Source: Myxococcota bacterium (GTDB lineage: Bacteria; Myxococcota_A; UBA9160; UBA4427). Taken from it: 64,000 nucleotides of DNA. The stretch is taken from the NCBI GenBank assembly GCA_036336835.1, contig JAYZFK010000062.1, forward strand, positions 160,001 to 224,000, given 5' to 3'. Below, one piece after another: positions 46,317 through 57,957 of the stretch (within the stretch, counting starts at the first letter, position 1; each line of letters begins with the position of its first letter). Made by a program: the position numbers and the translations under genes. The notes under the pieces are model-generated. The model did no database searches. It saw only the letters and a program-made list of their open reading frames with translations, and was not told the DNA's origin.

Positions 46317-47331
46317 AGCGGCTCACGCGCACGCGTTTCGTGGCGACGGTCGCGTCCCTTGTACTGATCGCGATCGCGTCCTCACTGATCGGCCTGCTGA
46401 CGGGCCCCAGTGCACTGTCGCCCGGCGACGTGGTGGGCGCGCTGCTCGACCCCGCCGCGAGCGGTGCGGCGGGAGACATCGTGCTGCGGATCCGTCTGCC
46501 GCGCGTGTTGCTGGCTTTGCTAGTCGGCGCTTCGCTCGCCACGTCGGGCGTTGTATTTCAGGCGCTGCTGCATAACCCCCTCGCCGATCCGTACGTGCTC
46601 GGCATCTCGGGGGGTGCGGCGCTCGCCGGGATCGCAATGCTGTCGCTCGGAGCAGCCGTCGGTTTCGGCGCGGACGCGGTTCCGCCCGCGGCCTTCGCCG
46701 GTAGCGCGCTCGCGACGTTTGCGCTGTACGCGGTTGCGGGAGCGGGGGGTCGCGTCTCGCCCACCAGCTTGTTGCTCACGGGCGTGGTGTTCAACGCGTT
46801 CGCTTCGGCGGCGATCGTGTTCCTCGCGTCGATCGCAGGCCTGGCCGAGGGCGCGCGGATCTTCCTGTGGTTGATCGGCAACCTCAGCGCGGCGGCGTTC
46901 GGCTCCGCGTGGCTGGTCGCCTCGTTCCTGGGCATTGGCTTTGCGGTGGCGCTCGTGCTGGCGCGCAGCCTGAACCTGCTGGCGCTGGGCGACGAGACGG
47001 CCGAGCACCTGGGTGTCGCGACCGAGCGGCACAAGCGCTGGCTGCTCGGGGCGACGGCATTGATGGTCGGAGCCGCGGTGTCGGTCGCCGGCCTGGTGGG
47101 GTTCGTGGGCTTGATCATTCCACATTTGCTGCGGCTAGTGATCGGCGCGGATCATCGGTTGCTGGTGCCGAGCGCCGCGCTCGCCGGCGGCACCTTCCTG
47201 GTGGTGTGCGACACGGTTGCGCGTACGGCGTTGGGTGGGCGGGAGCTTCCGGTTGGGGCGATTACGGCGATCGTCGGCGGGCCGTTGTTCTTGTGGCTGC
47301 TACGCAGCCACCAGCATCGGGTGTTCACACC

Positions 47332-47335
<4 letters not shown>
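46313..47335 (+). CDS. FecCD/BtuC-family ABC permease
   Basis: [32 protein letters not shown]. Confidence 0.93.
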
Positions 47336-50355
<3,020 letters not shown>

Positions 50356-50515
50356 AATTCTGAAATTCGCCTCATGCAGCTGAGGTGCTCGTCCGAAACC
50401 CTTTCTGTAGCCGCGTCCAGGCACGAAAACCGTCGTGAGTACGAGGGTTGAGCACGTCGGACGCAGGTTCCCGATGGGTGGAGCGCACCCGAACGAGGGA
50501 TCAGGGAGGAGGCTC

Positions 50516-51118
50516 ATGGCGAACAAGCAGCGACTCAATGTTCTGGTCGTGGATCAGGACGAGGGGACGGTCATCGACTTGAAGGATCACCTGGCAGGCG
50601 ACGGGTACCGGGTGCAGATCTCGGACCCGGCGAATGCGGGCGAGGAGATCCGGCAGAACCGCTACCAGCTGGTGTTCGTGGACGTCTCTCCCGGCAACCA
50701 GGCCGGTCTCGACGCCCTCGCCGCGGTGCGCAGCATCGACAACGATCTCTGCGTCATCGCGATGACCGGCCTCGCGAGCGTAGAGATGGCCGTTGCGACC
50801 ATGAAGCACCAGGCCTTTCACTACCTGCAGAAGCCGCTCGATGGCGAGGAGCTCAAAGCGGTGATCGACGCCGCGGTCCGCGAGAAGGGCCTGCTGGTCG
50901 ATCTCGAGACGCACCTCAATACCGAGGTCGGCCGCTGCATCCGCCAGCAGCGCAAGGAGCGCTCACTGACGCTCAAGCAGCTCGCCAATCGCACCGGGCT
51001 TTCGGTCAGCTTGATCTCCCAGATCGAGCTGGGCAAGAGCGCGGCGTCGATGTCGACCCTGCACAAGCTCGCCACGGCACTGGGCGTCAGGATGACCAGC
51101 TTCTTCGAGAACGTCTGA
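50516..51118 (+). CDS. Response regulator with receiver and XRE (HTH_3) domains
   Basis: VLVVD, LVFVD, MTG, YLQKP; LTLKQLANRTGLSVSLISQIELG. Confidence 0.9.
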   Translation: MANKQRLNVLVVDQDEGTVIDLKDHLAGDGYRVQISDPANAGEEIRQNRYQLVFVDVSPGNQAGLDALAAVRSIDNDLCVIAMTGLASVEMAVATMKHQAFHYLQKPLDGEELKAVIDAAVREKGLLVDLETHLNTEVGRCIRQQRKERSLTLKQLANRTGLSVSLISQIELGKSAASMSTLHKLATALGVRMTSFFENV

Positions 51119-51191
51119 AGAATTTGAGGCAGACTACTCCCGCTGCGATCGTCGCCATCAGGAGGCAGGCGCGCAGCGGGAGTGCCTCGTT

Positions 51192-52229
51192 CTGACCGAC
51201 GCAACTCCGCAACGCGATCTCGACGTCGTCGGCATCGGCAGCATGGTCGTCGACCGCATGCACCGTGCGGCGTGCCTGCTCGCCGCCGACGGCAAGGACT
51301 TCTTGCGCCCGCTCGACAGCGGTGACTTCGTCGAACGCCACGTGGGCGGTGTCATTCTCAACCACATGGGCTGGGCCGCCGCGATCGGCGTGCGTTGTGG
51401 GATCTTCGGTCGTCAGGGTGGTGACGATGAAGGCCGCTTCCTGCGCGCGGCGATGGACGAACGATGTATCGCGCGCGATATCCTGGTGGTCGACGAGCCG
51501 ACCTCGCTCTCTGAAATCTTCGTCGACGACGCCGGCGAACGCGCGATCTACATGGCGTCGGGCGCCACCAGCGCCACCACCGCCGAGCAGGTTCGCCAGC
51601 GGCACGCTCACTTCATCGCACGCGCACCGGTTCTGACGACCGAGGTGTCGCAGCTGCCGCTGGCTGCCGCGGGAGAGGCGCTGCGCATCGCCCGCGAGTC
51701 CGGCTCGGAGACCTGGGTCGACTTCGATGTTCCGCCCGAGGTGGCGCTGGCATCGCTCGGCGACGCGGGCGAGCTGGACGCGGTGCTGCGCGCCGCCGAC
51801 GTGCTGAAGCCATCGAAGGTCGCGATCGCGGAGCGACTCGGGGCTGCGTCTGGCGACGGCGCCCTCGAGTTGGCGCTTGCAGTGCGAGATCAGCTCGGCA
51901 ATCCCGTCGTGGTGGTGACAGACGGTGAGCGCGGCTGTGCGATCGCGGCGGCGGACTTCGAGGGCTCGGTGCCGGCTCGCAAGGTAGAGCCAGTCGACAC
52001 GACGGGTGCCGGAGACGCCTTTCTCGGCGGACTGCTCGCGGCGCGCACCGCCGGATTGGGCTGGGCGGACGCCGGCGCCTTTGCCAACGCGCTCGGCGCC
52101 GTGTGCGTTGGCCAGCTCGGCGCCTTTCCGCTCGATCCCGAGGCGACACGCGAGGCGGTCTTCGCGCTCTACGACGGACCGACGCGGGCGCTTCGCGCGC
52201 TCGCCGAGCGAGCGAAGACCGCCGGTTGA
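51192..52229 (+). CDS. PfkB family carbohydrate kinase
   Basis: DVVGIGSMVVD, VTDGERG, DTTGAGDAFLGG. The first ATG (51243) lies inside the conserved first strand; CTG start proposed. Confidence 0.85.
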   Translation: MTDATPQRDLDVVGIGSMVVDRMHRAACLLAADGKDFLRPLDSGDFVERHVGGVILNHMGWAAAIGVRCGIFGRQGGDDEGRFLRAAMDERCIARDILVVDEPTSLSEIFVDDAGERAIYMASGATSATTAEQVRQRHAHFIARAPVLTTEVSQLPLAAAGEALRIARESGSETWVDFDVPPEVALASLGDAGELDAVLRAADVLKPSKVAIAERLGAASGDGALELALAVRDQLGNPVVVVTDGERGCAIAAADFEGSVPARKVEPVDTTGAGDAFLGGLLAARTAGLGWADAGAFANALGAVCVGQLGAFPLDPEATREAVFALYDGPTRALRALAERAKTAG

Positions 52230-52327
52230 CGGCCCCAGGACCTGGTCCTACCGTGCCGATCGCCCCGGCTCGCAGGCCAGGGCGGCACGCCCATCGCCGG
52301 CTGCGCCGGCCGCGGACGTACCAACGT

Positions 52328-52403
<76 letters not shown>

Positions 52404-52541
52404 CCTATTTCCCTTGAGAACTCGGTCGCTTGCAGTCGGTCGTGCTTTCTGCAGTCAATCGCTGGGGGAGCAGTTCGCCGGTTTCCAGTGCGCGACGAGT
52501 TGCAAGTGCTGCCAGCCGCGCTGCGATGACAGCTGCGTCGC

Positions 52542-53750
52542 CTAGCGAATGGAGATCGTCTCGACGTCGAGCCGAACCGGTCCGAGCATGTATGGCAGCG
52601 GCATCCACTCGTGCTCGAAGCCGGCTGCGAGACGGATCTCGCCCGGAGCGAAGTGGTCGAGCAGGCTGTCGACGGCAGCCCGCGCCTCGAGGCGGGCAAG
52701 GGGAGCGCCCACGCAGAAGTGCTGGCCCAGGCCGAACGACAGGTGGGGAGGTGGGCTCGAGCGGTCGATGCGGAAACAGTCGGGCTCCTCGTAGAGTGCT
52801 TCGTCGCGGTTGGCGGAGGCGATCCCGACGACCACGCGCTGGCCGGCTTCGAGGGGCAGGCCGTCGAGGTCGACTTCGCGTGTGCAGGTGCGGATCAGGT
52901 AGAGCACCGGCGGTTTGTGGCGTAGCGACTCTTCGACCGCGACGGGGACGAGGGATCGGTCCGAGGCCAGCTGGTCATGAAGGCTGGGAGACAAGAGGAT
53001 CTCGTACAGCAGGTTCCCGATCAGGTCGCGCGTAGTGGCCGTCCCGCCTAGCACCAGGTTGAGGAGCACCATGCGGACGTTGGAAACGGTTCGCTCGATG
53101 CCTTCTGTGGGGGCCGCGAGGATCCGGGCGATGGCGTCGTCGTCGGCTCGCGTCTCGTTGAAACGAACCTCGACCAGACCCTCGAGGTACTGCGTGAACT
53201 CTGGGAAGGCGCCCGCATAGCCGACGCCGCGCTCGGTCTCATTGGTGACCGTGAGTGGGCTCAGCATGATCTCTTCTGCCCACTCGGCGAGCTGAACGCA
53301 GTCGTCGGTTGGCATTCCGAGGAGCCAGCCGATCAGGCGGGTGGTGATCGGAAGGCTGTAGTCGGCGATCAGGTCCCCAGATCCGCGGGTGGCGATCTCG
53401 TCCATCAGCTCGGCAGTTGTGGCGGTGACGAACGGGCGCGCTCGCTTCAGGACACCACCGCCCTGCGCGGCCGTCGTGGCGAGCTTGCGGGCGGGCACGT
53501 GCACGGGCGATCCCAGCTCGCCGATGCTGGCGTCGTGGAGCGGGATCTCGAGCCCGGTCGGGCGCATGCCGCCAACGTTCGAGAATACCTGCTCGTCCCG
53601 CAGGACCCTGCGCGCGTCTTCGTAGCGGGCGACATAAACGAAGTCGCCCTGGATGCGCGCGACCGGTGCCTGCTGTCGGAACGCCCGCATCAGGTCCCAC
53701 ATATCGTGGGTCTGCGCGGGATCGAAGACGTCGAAGTCGAGCTCGCTCAC
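52542..53750 (-). CDS. Cytochrome P450
   Basis: EESLR, SANRDE, HLSFGLGQHFCVG; GTG start overlaps the SDR stop. Confidence 0.93.
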   Translation of the reverse strand: MSELDFDVFDPAQTHDMWDLMRAFRQQAPVARIQGDFVYVARYEDARRVLRDEQVFSNVGGMRPTGLEIPLHDASIGELGSPVHVPARKLATTAAQGGGVLKRARPFVTATTAELMDEIATRGSGDLIADYSLPITTRLIGWLLGMPTDDCVQLAEWAEEIMLSPLTVTNETERGVGYAGAFPEFTQYLEGLVEVRFNETRADDDAIARILAAPTEGIERTVSNVRMVLLNLVLGGTATTRDLIGNLLYEILLSPSLHDQLASDRSLVPVAVEESLRHKPPVLYLIRTCTREVDLDGLPLEAGQRVVVGIASANRDEALYEEPDCFRIDRSSPPPHLSFGLGQHFCVGAPLARLEARAAVDSLLDHFAPGEIRLAAGFEHEWMPLPYMLGPVRLDVETISIR

Positions 53751-54640
53751 GCCGGGGTCTCGTCGGCGACGAGGCCCGGCAGGCAGGCCAGCAGCTGGCC
53801 GACGTCCCACGTCTCGCCCGAGCGGTCGGCGCCCGCGCCCCGTCGCGGTGGTCGGATGACGCTCACACGCGCCCCCCACACCTCGAAGACGTGCCCCGAG
53901 AGGCCGGCCAGCTCGTCGCTGCACAGGGCGATCGCGAGTGGCGCCAGGTTCTCGGGTGGCTGGATGCCGTACTCGGCGACGATATCGTCTTCGGCGCGCT
54001 CGGAGGCCTTCGAGAGCATCGCAATCCAGCTGTCGACCATTCGGGTGCGCGTGGCGTTCGGCGCGATGCAGTTGGAGCGGATGCCTTGCTCGAAGAGCTC
54101 TTTGTGCTGCGTCAGGGTCAGGGCGAAGACGGCCGCCTTCGACGCGGCGTATGCAGCGACCCCCTCGGTTCCCTCCCAGAAGGCGCCGGACGTCGTGTTC
54201 ACGATTGCGCCTCCGCCGCTCTCGCGCAGCGCTGGGATGGCACTCCTCACGCAGTTCAGAGTGCCGCGCGCGTTGACGGCCATGACGCGGTCCCACTGTT
54301 CGGCACGGTGGTCGTCGATGCTCGAGCGGAACTCGATCGCGGCATTGTTCACGATGGCGTCGAGGCCGCCGAACTCTGTGACGGCCGCATCGACCAGGCG
54401 ATCGGTGTCTCGCGGGTCGGAGACGTCGCCGTGGTTCGCGATGGCGGCACCGCCCGCGTCCTGGATCGTGCGCACGACGCTCTCGGCTGGCGACGCGTCG
54501 GCGCCACCTCCCGTCAGGCTCGTGCCAAGATCGTTGACGACGATGCGCGCACCTTCGGCCGCCATCGCGAGCGCGTAGGCGCAACCAATGCCGCGGCCGG
54601 CGCCGGTGATGATGATGGTCTTGCCCGCGAGTCGCGACAC
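53747..54640 (-). CDS. Short-chain dehydrogenase/reductase
   Basis: TGAGRGIG, VVND, NNA, YAASK. Confidence 0.94.
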   Translation of the reverse strand: MSRLAGKTIIITGAGRGIGCAYALAMAAEGARIVVNDLGTSLTGGGADASPAESVVRTIQDAGGAAIANHGDVSDPRDTDRLVDAAVTEFGGLDAIVNNAAIEFRSSIDDHRAEQWDRVMAVNARGTLNCVRSAIPALRESGGGAIVNTTSGAFWEGTEGVAAYAASKAAVFALTLTQHKELFEQGIRSNCIAPNATRTRMVDSWIAMLSKASERAEDDIVAEYGIQPPENLAPLAIALCSDELAGLSGHVFEVWGARVSVIRPPRRGAGADRSGETWDVGQLLACLPGLVADETPA

Positions 54641-54647
54641 CAGGTTG

Positions 54648-55427
54648 CTAGTCCGAAGATTCGCGCGCGTACTGCTGGGCGCGCTCCATGACGCTGTAGC
54701 CTTCGAGCGCGAGCCCGTGACTCATGCCGTCCTGCATCAGGTTGCGCAGCAGCATGTTGATGGCGACCCGCGTGTAACGAAGCGTCACTGCGCTTCGTTC
54801 GGCCAGCATCGCAGAGAGCTCGCGCGCCCGCGGGAGCAGCTCGGCCTTCGGCAGTACTTCGTTTACGATTCCGAGCTCGAGTGCCTGCTCTGCCGAGAGC
54901 GTCTGCTCGGTCAGTAGGAAGTACTTGCCGCGGTTGAGTCCAAGCAGGATGGGCCACACCAGGTGCGAGCCGTCTCCCGGCACGACGCCGAAGCTGCCGA
55001 AGTGCGCGATGTCCTGGAACTCGGTCGTGTCGGAGGCGAGCACGATGTCGCACAGCACGGGCAGCTCGGCATGAACGCGCGCCGGCCCGTTGATGGCCGA
55101 GATGATGGGCACGTGGATATCGAGGAACGTCTGCATCAGCCGACGTCCCTCCCAGTAGGTGCGGTCCCAGCCGGCGGGTGTGGTGAAGTCCCAGTCCTCG
55201 TCGGCGAGCTCGCCGCAGAAGACATCGCCCGTCCCAGTTAGCAAAACGACCTTGATCTCGGGATCGTTCGAGATGTCGGTGAAGAGGGCCGGCAGCTCGC
55301 GATGGGTCGTCTCGTCGAGGACGAGTGAGCCACCCCGTGTGTGGAGCGCGACCTCGAGCACGCCCGCCGCGTTGCGCGACAACTGTGCGCACTCGTAGTT
55401 CTTCTCGTACTCCGAGAATTGGCTCAT
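54648..55427 (-). CDS. Crotonase-superfamily enzyme, 6-oxocamphor hydrolase (beta-diketone hydrolase)-like
   Basis: HT.G.SLV....H, NGP...HAE.PV..DIVLA, FQD..HF..GVVPGDG.H.VWP, NRGKYFLLT, GLALE match the recalled OCH/CamK pattern. Confidence 0.82.
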   Translation of the reverse strand: MSQFSEYEKNYECAQLSRNAAGVLEVALHTRGGSLVLDETTHRELPALFTDISNDPEIKVVLLTGTGDVFCGELADEDWDFTTPAGWDRTYWEGRRLMQTFLDIHVPIISAINGPARVHAELPVLCDIVLASDTTEFQDIAHFGSFGVVPGDGSHLVWPILLGLNRGKYFLLTEQTLSAEQALELGIVNEVLPKAELLPRARELSAMLAERSAVTLRYTRVAINMLLRNLMQDGMSHGLALEGYSVMERAQQYARESSD

Positions 55428-55465
55428 GGGAAGGCTCCTTCCAACCGGTCGACCAGGCCGTAGGA

Positions 55466-56731
55466 CTACAGCTCGAGGTACAGGTGCTTCAAGCCGCGAA
55501 GCACCAGGCTGTCGCGATACTCGATGCGTTCGTCCGCGAGCTGCAGCTTCGGGAAGCGAGCGATCATGCGACCGAGCATGGTCTCGAGCTCGTTGCGAGC
55601 GAGCGCCGCACCCAGGCAGATGTGGCTGCCGTAGCCAAAGCCAAAGTGAACGATCTCGCGGCGCGCGATGTCGAGGCGATCGGGGTCGCCGAAGCGCGCT
55701 GGGTCGCGACCGGCCGCCCCCGTCAAGATCGAGCACACCTCGCCGGCCCGGATGGTGACGTCGCCGAGCGAGAAGTCCTCGTAGCTCACGCGTTGGACCA
55801 GCTGGTTCGAGCCGTCGTAGCGCAGGAACTCCTCGACCGCGTTGCGGATTCGCCCGGGTTGCTCGCGCAGCAGGGTCAGCTGGTGGGGGTGGCGCAGCAG
55901 AGCGAGCATTGACAGTGCGATCATGTCGGCCGTGGTCTCGTGGCCCGCCTGGATCATCAGGATGCACAGCGCGATCAGCTCGTCGTCGCTGAGGCGTCCG
56001 CGCTCGTCTTGTGCCTGGACGAGCACCGTCATTAGGTCGTCGCGCGGCTGCTTGCGCCGGTCGGCGATCAGGTCTCGGAAGTAACCGTCGAATCCCGTAG
56101 TGGCAGCTTCTCCAAGTCGCTCCACCTCGGGTGTGATTCCCGAGACATCGCCGCGCCGCGCGAAGTCGTTCAGCCAGCTATGAAACACCGGCAGGTCGAC
56201 ACGCGGGACGCCCAGGATGTCGCAGATCACCGCAGTGGGAAGCGCGAATGCGAGATCGGCGACGAGATCGACGCGACCACTCTCGGCAGCTCGATCGAGC
56301 AGGTCGTCGACGACCGTCTCCATGACGGGGCGGTAGCGCTCTACAGCGCGCGGGGTGAAGTGGCGAGCTACGAGCGTGCGGATGCGATCGTGATCGGCGG
56401 GCTCAACATAGAGCAGCAAGCGCCGCACCATGTCGTAGAAGCACGCACCGCCTGGACCGGTGTCGAAGAGCTCGGCGTTGCGAGCGTCGCTGACCAGAGA
56501 TTTGTTCGTCAGCAGCTCGAGGGAGTGGGCGAACGTGGTGACCAGCCACGCGGGCCGACCGTGCAGCGCCTCGGTTCTGTGAAGCGGAGCCAGCTCGCGC
56601 AGTCGGTTCAGATAGGGATAGAGCTCGCCGCGGCGCTTCGGATCCAGGACGACGGCGAACGTCTCCTCCGGATCGACGAGCGATGCCGGGTCCGGCGGGC
56701 TCGCGGGGGTCAACGCCGCTCCTGCTGTCAT
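55466..56731 (-). CDS. Cytochrome P450
   Basis: AGHETT, EEFLR, RDP..F, HFGFGYGSHICLG. Confidence 0.95.
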   Translation of the reverse strand: MTAGAALTPASPPDPASLVDPEETFAVVLDPKRRGELYPYLNRLRELAPLHRTEALHGRPAWLVTTFAHSLELLTNKSLVSDARNAELFDTGPGGACFYDMVRRLLLYVEPADHDRIRTLVARHFTPRAVERYRPVMETVVDDLLDRAAESGRVDLVADLAFALPTAVICDILGVPRVDLPVFHSWLNDFARRGDVSGITPEVERLGEAATTGFDGYFRDLIADRRKQPRDDLMTVLVQAQDERGRLSDDELIALCILMIQAGHETTADMIALSMLALLRHPHQLTLLREQPGRIRNAVEEFLRYDGSNQLVQRVSYEDFSLGDVTIRAGEVCSILTGAAGRDPARFGDPDRLDIARREIVHFGFGYGSHICLGAALARNELETMLGRMIARFPKLQLADERIEYRDSLVLRGLKHLYLEL

Positions 56732-56803
56732 ACGCGGGGAGGCCTCCCTGCGGCCTGGTGAGTGGCGAGCTGGACTCGACCCTACAAGCAGGTGGATTGC
56801 CCA

Positions 56804-56817
56804 GTCAAGCGCTTGGT
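56804..56817. promoter_or_regulatory. KstR2-type operator, one mismatch
   Basis: GTCAAGCGCTTGGT versus AnCAAGnnCTTGnT, between the divergent P450 and tetR genes. Confidence 0.7.
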
Positions 56818-56834
56818 TGGTATTCTGATTGGCG

Positions 56835-57425
56835 ATGGCCAAGCGGAGACCCGCCGAGGAGCGGCGGCGCGAGATCGCTCGAGTCGCGGGTGCGCTGTTC
56901 GCGGATCGCGGCGTTCAGGCGACCACCGTGCGCGATATCGGCGACGAGGTGGGCGTGCTTTCGGGCAGCCTCTACCACCACTTCAAGACCAAGCACGACA
57001 TCGTCCACGAGCTGATGCACGCCTACGGCGAGGATCTGCTCGCGGGCTACCGCGCCGCGGACGAGCAGGGCGGCACCGCGCGCGCGCGGCTCGAACGCCT
57101 GTTCCGGGAGTGCGTGCGCGCCAACCTCGAGCACCCCGACGAGACCGCCATCCTGATCCACGAGCTTGACAAGCTGTTCCGGCAGGACGAGTTCGGCTAC
57201 GTCCATCAGCTCGTTCGCGACGTCGAGACGATCTTTGTGAAGGTAATCGTTGATGGGATGCAGGCCGGCGAGATCCGGACCGATCTCGCACCGGCGTTCA
57301 CCTACCGGATGATGATGGATGTGATGGGAGCCGTGCAGCGCTGGTACGACCCGGAGAAGAACACCGAGCACCAAGTGGTACAGGGCTGGATCGACGTGTT
57401 CTTCCGAGGCATCGGCACCGCGTAG
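56835..57425 (+). CDS. TetR family repressor, KstR2-like
   Basis: FADRGVQATTVRDIGDEVGVLSGSLYHHFKTK closely resembles the recalled KstR2 HTH; C-terminal RWY.P. Confidence 0.85.
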   Translation: MAKRRPAEERRREIARVAGALFADRGVQATTVRDIGDEVGVLSGSLYHHFKTKHDIVHELMHAYGEDLLAGYRAADEQGGTARARLERLFRECVRANLEHPDETAILIHELDKLFRQDEFGYVHQLVRDVETIFVKVIVDGMQAGEIRTDLAPAFTYRMMMDVMGAVQRWYDPEKNTEHQVVQGWIDVFFRGIGTA

Positions 57426-57428
57426 GCG

Positions 57429-57884
57429 TCAGGGGATCGCGGCCCACTGAGTCGGTCCTTCGATCGGGACCAGCTCCTTTGCGAAGTCGCCCAACATCAA
57501 GTCCATCAAACGGGCGCTGCCGTAGAGGCGCTCGCCACCGATCTTGTCGCCCGACCCGTAGATCGAGCCCATCAGCTGGTGATTCTCGAGCTTGCCGTCG
57601 ATTCGCAGCCGCAGCTGGTACTCGTGCACGCAGGCGATGTCGTTCGACCATTCGGAGATCAGGATCGTCTCCTCGACCAGCGGCATGAATTCCGACAGGA
57701 AGCGCGTGTAGTAGCGGCGCAACGTCTTGCCGCCGCGGAGCTGCCCGCCCGGTGGGTGGAACTCGAAGATCGGCTCATCGACGAGCGTTGCCAGCAGCGG
57801 GTCGTAGTCGCCGGCAATCTCGAGCTCTGCATGCAGGCGCGTGATGGCCGCCATCTGCTCGGATGTCATCGCGCTCGGCTTCAT
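57429..57884 (-). CDS. SnoaL/NTF2-like small protein
   Basis: HAELE..GD...L.TLV.EP.FE..P, GERLY pattern. Confidence 0.6.
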   Translation of the reverse strand: MKPSAMTSEQMAAITRLHAELEIAGDYDPLLATLVDEPIFEFHPPGGQLRGGKTLRRYYTRFLSEFMPLVEETILISEWSNDIACVHEYQLRLRIDGKLENHQLMGSIYGSGDKIGGERLYGSARLMDLMLGDFAKELVPIEGPTQWAAIP

Positions 57885-57912
57885 GCGGTCCTCCGGGTTG
57901 TCGCACATTTTA

Positions 57913-57926
57913 ACCAAGCGCTTGCT
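57913..57926. promoter_or_regulatory. KstR2-type operator, perfect match
   Basis: ACCAAGCGCTTGCT fits AnCAAGnnCTTGnT, between the divergent SnoaL-like and amidohydrolase genes. Confidence 0.75.
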
Positions 57927-57957
57927 TTCCTTTCAACGGTCTGATGGAATGTCCGCT

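Noticed and set aside
52542..54584. 680-aa P450 fusion suggested by the ORF track
   Set aside because: The N-terminal part is an alternative frame of the SDR gene; the real start is the GTG at 53750
54648..55967. 439-aa crotonase with a long N-terminus
   Set aside because: The extension overlaps the upstream P450; the ATG at 55427 has a GGAG ribosome-binding site
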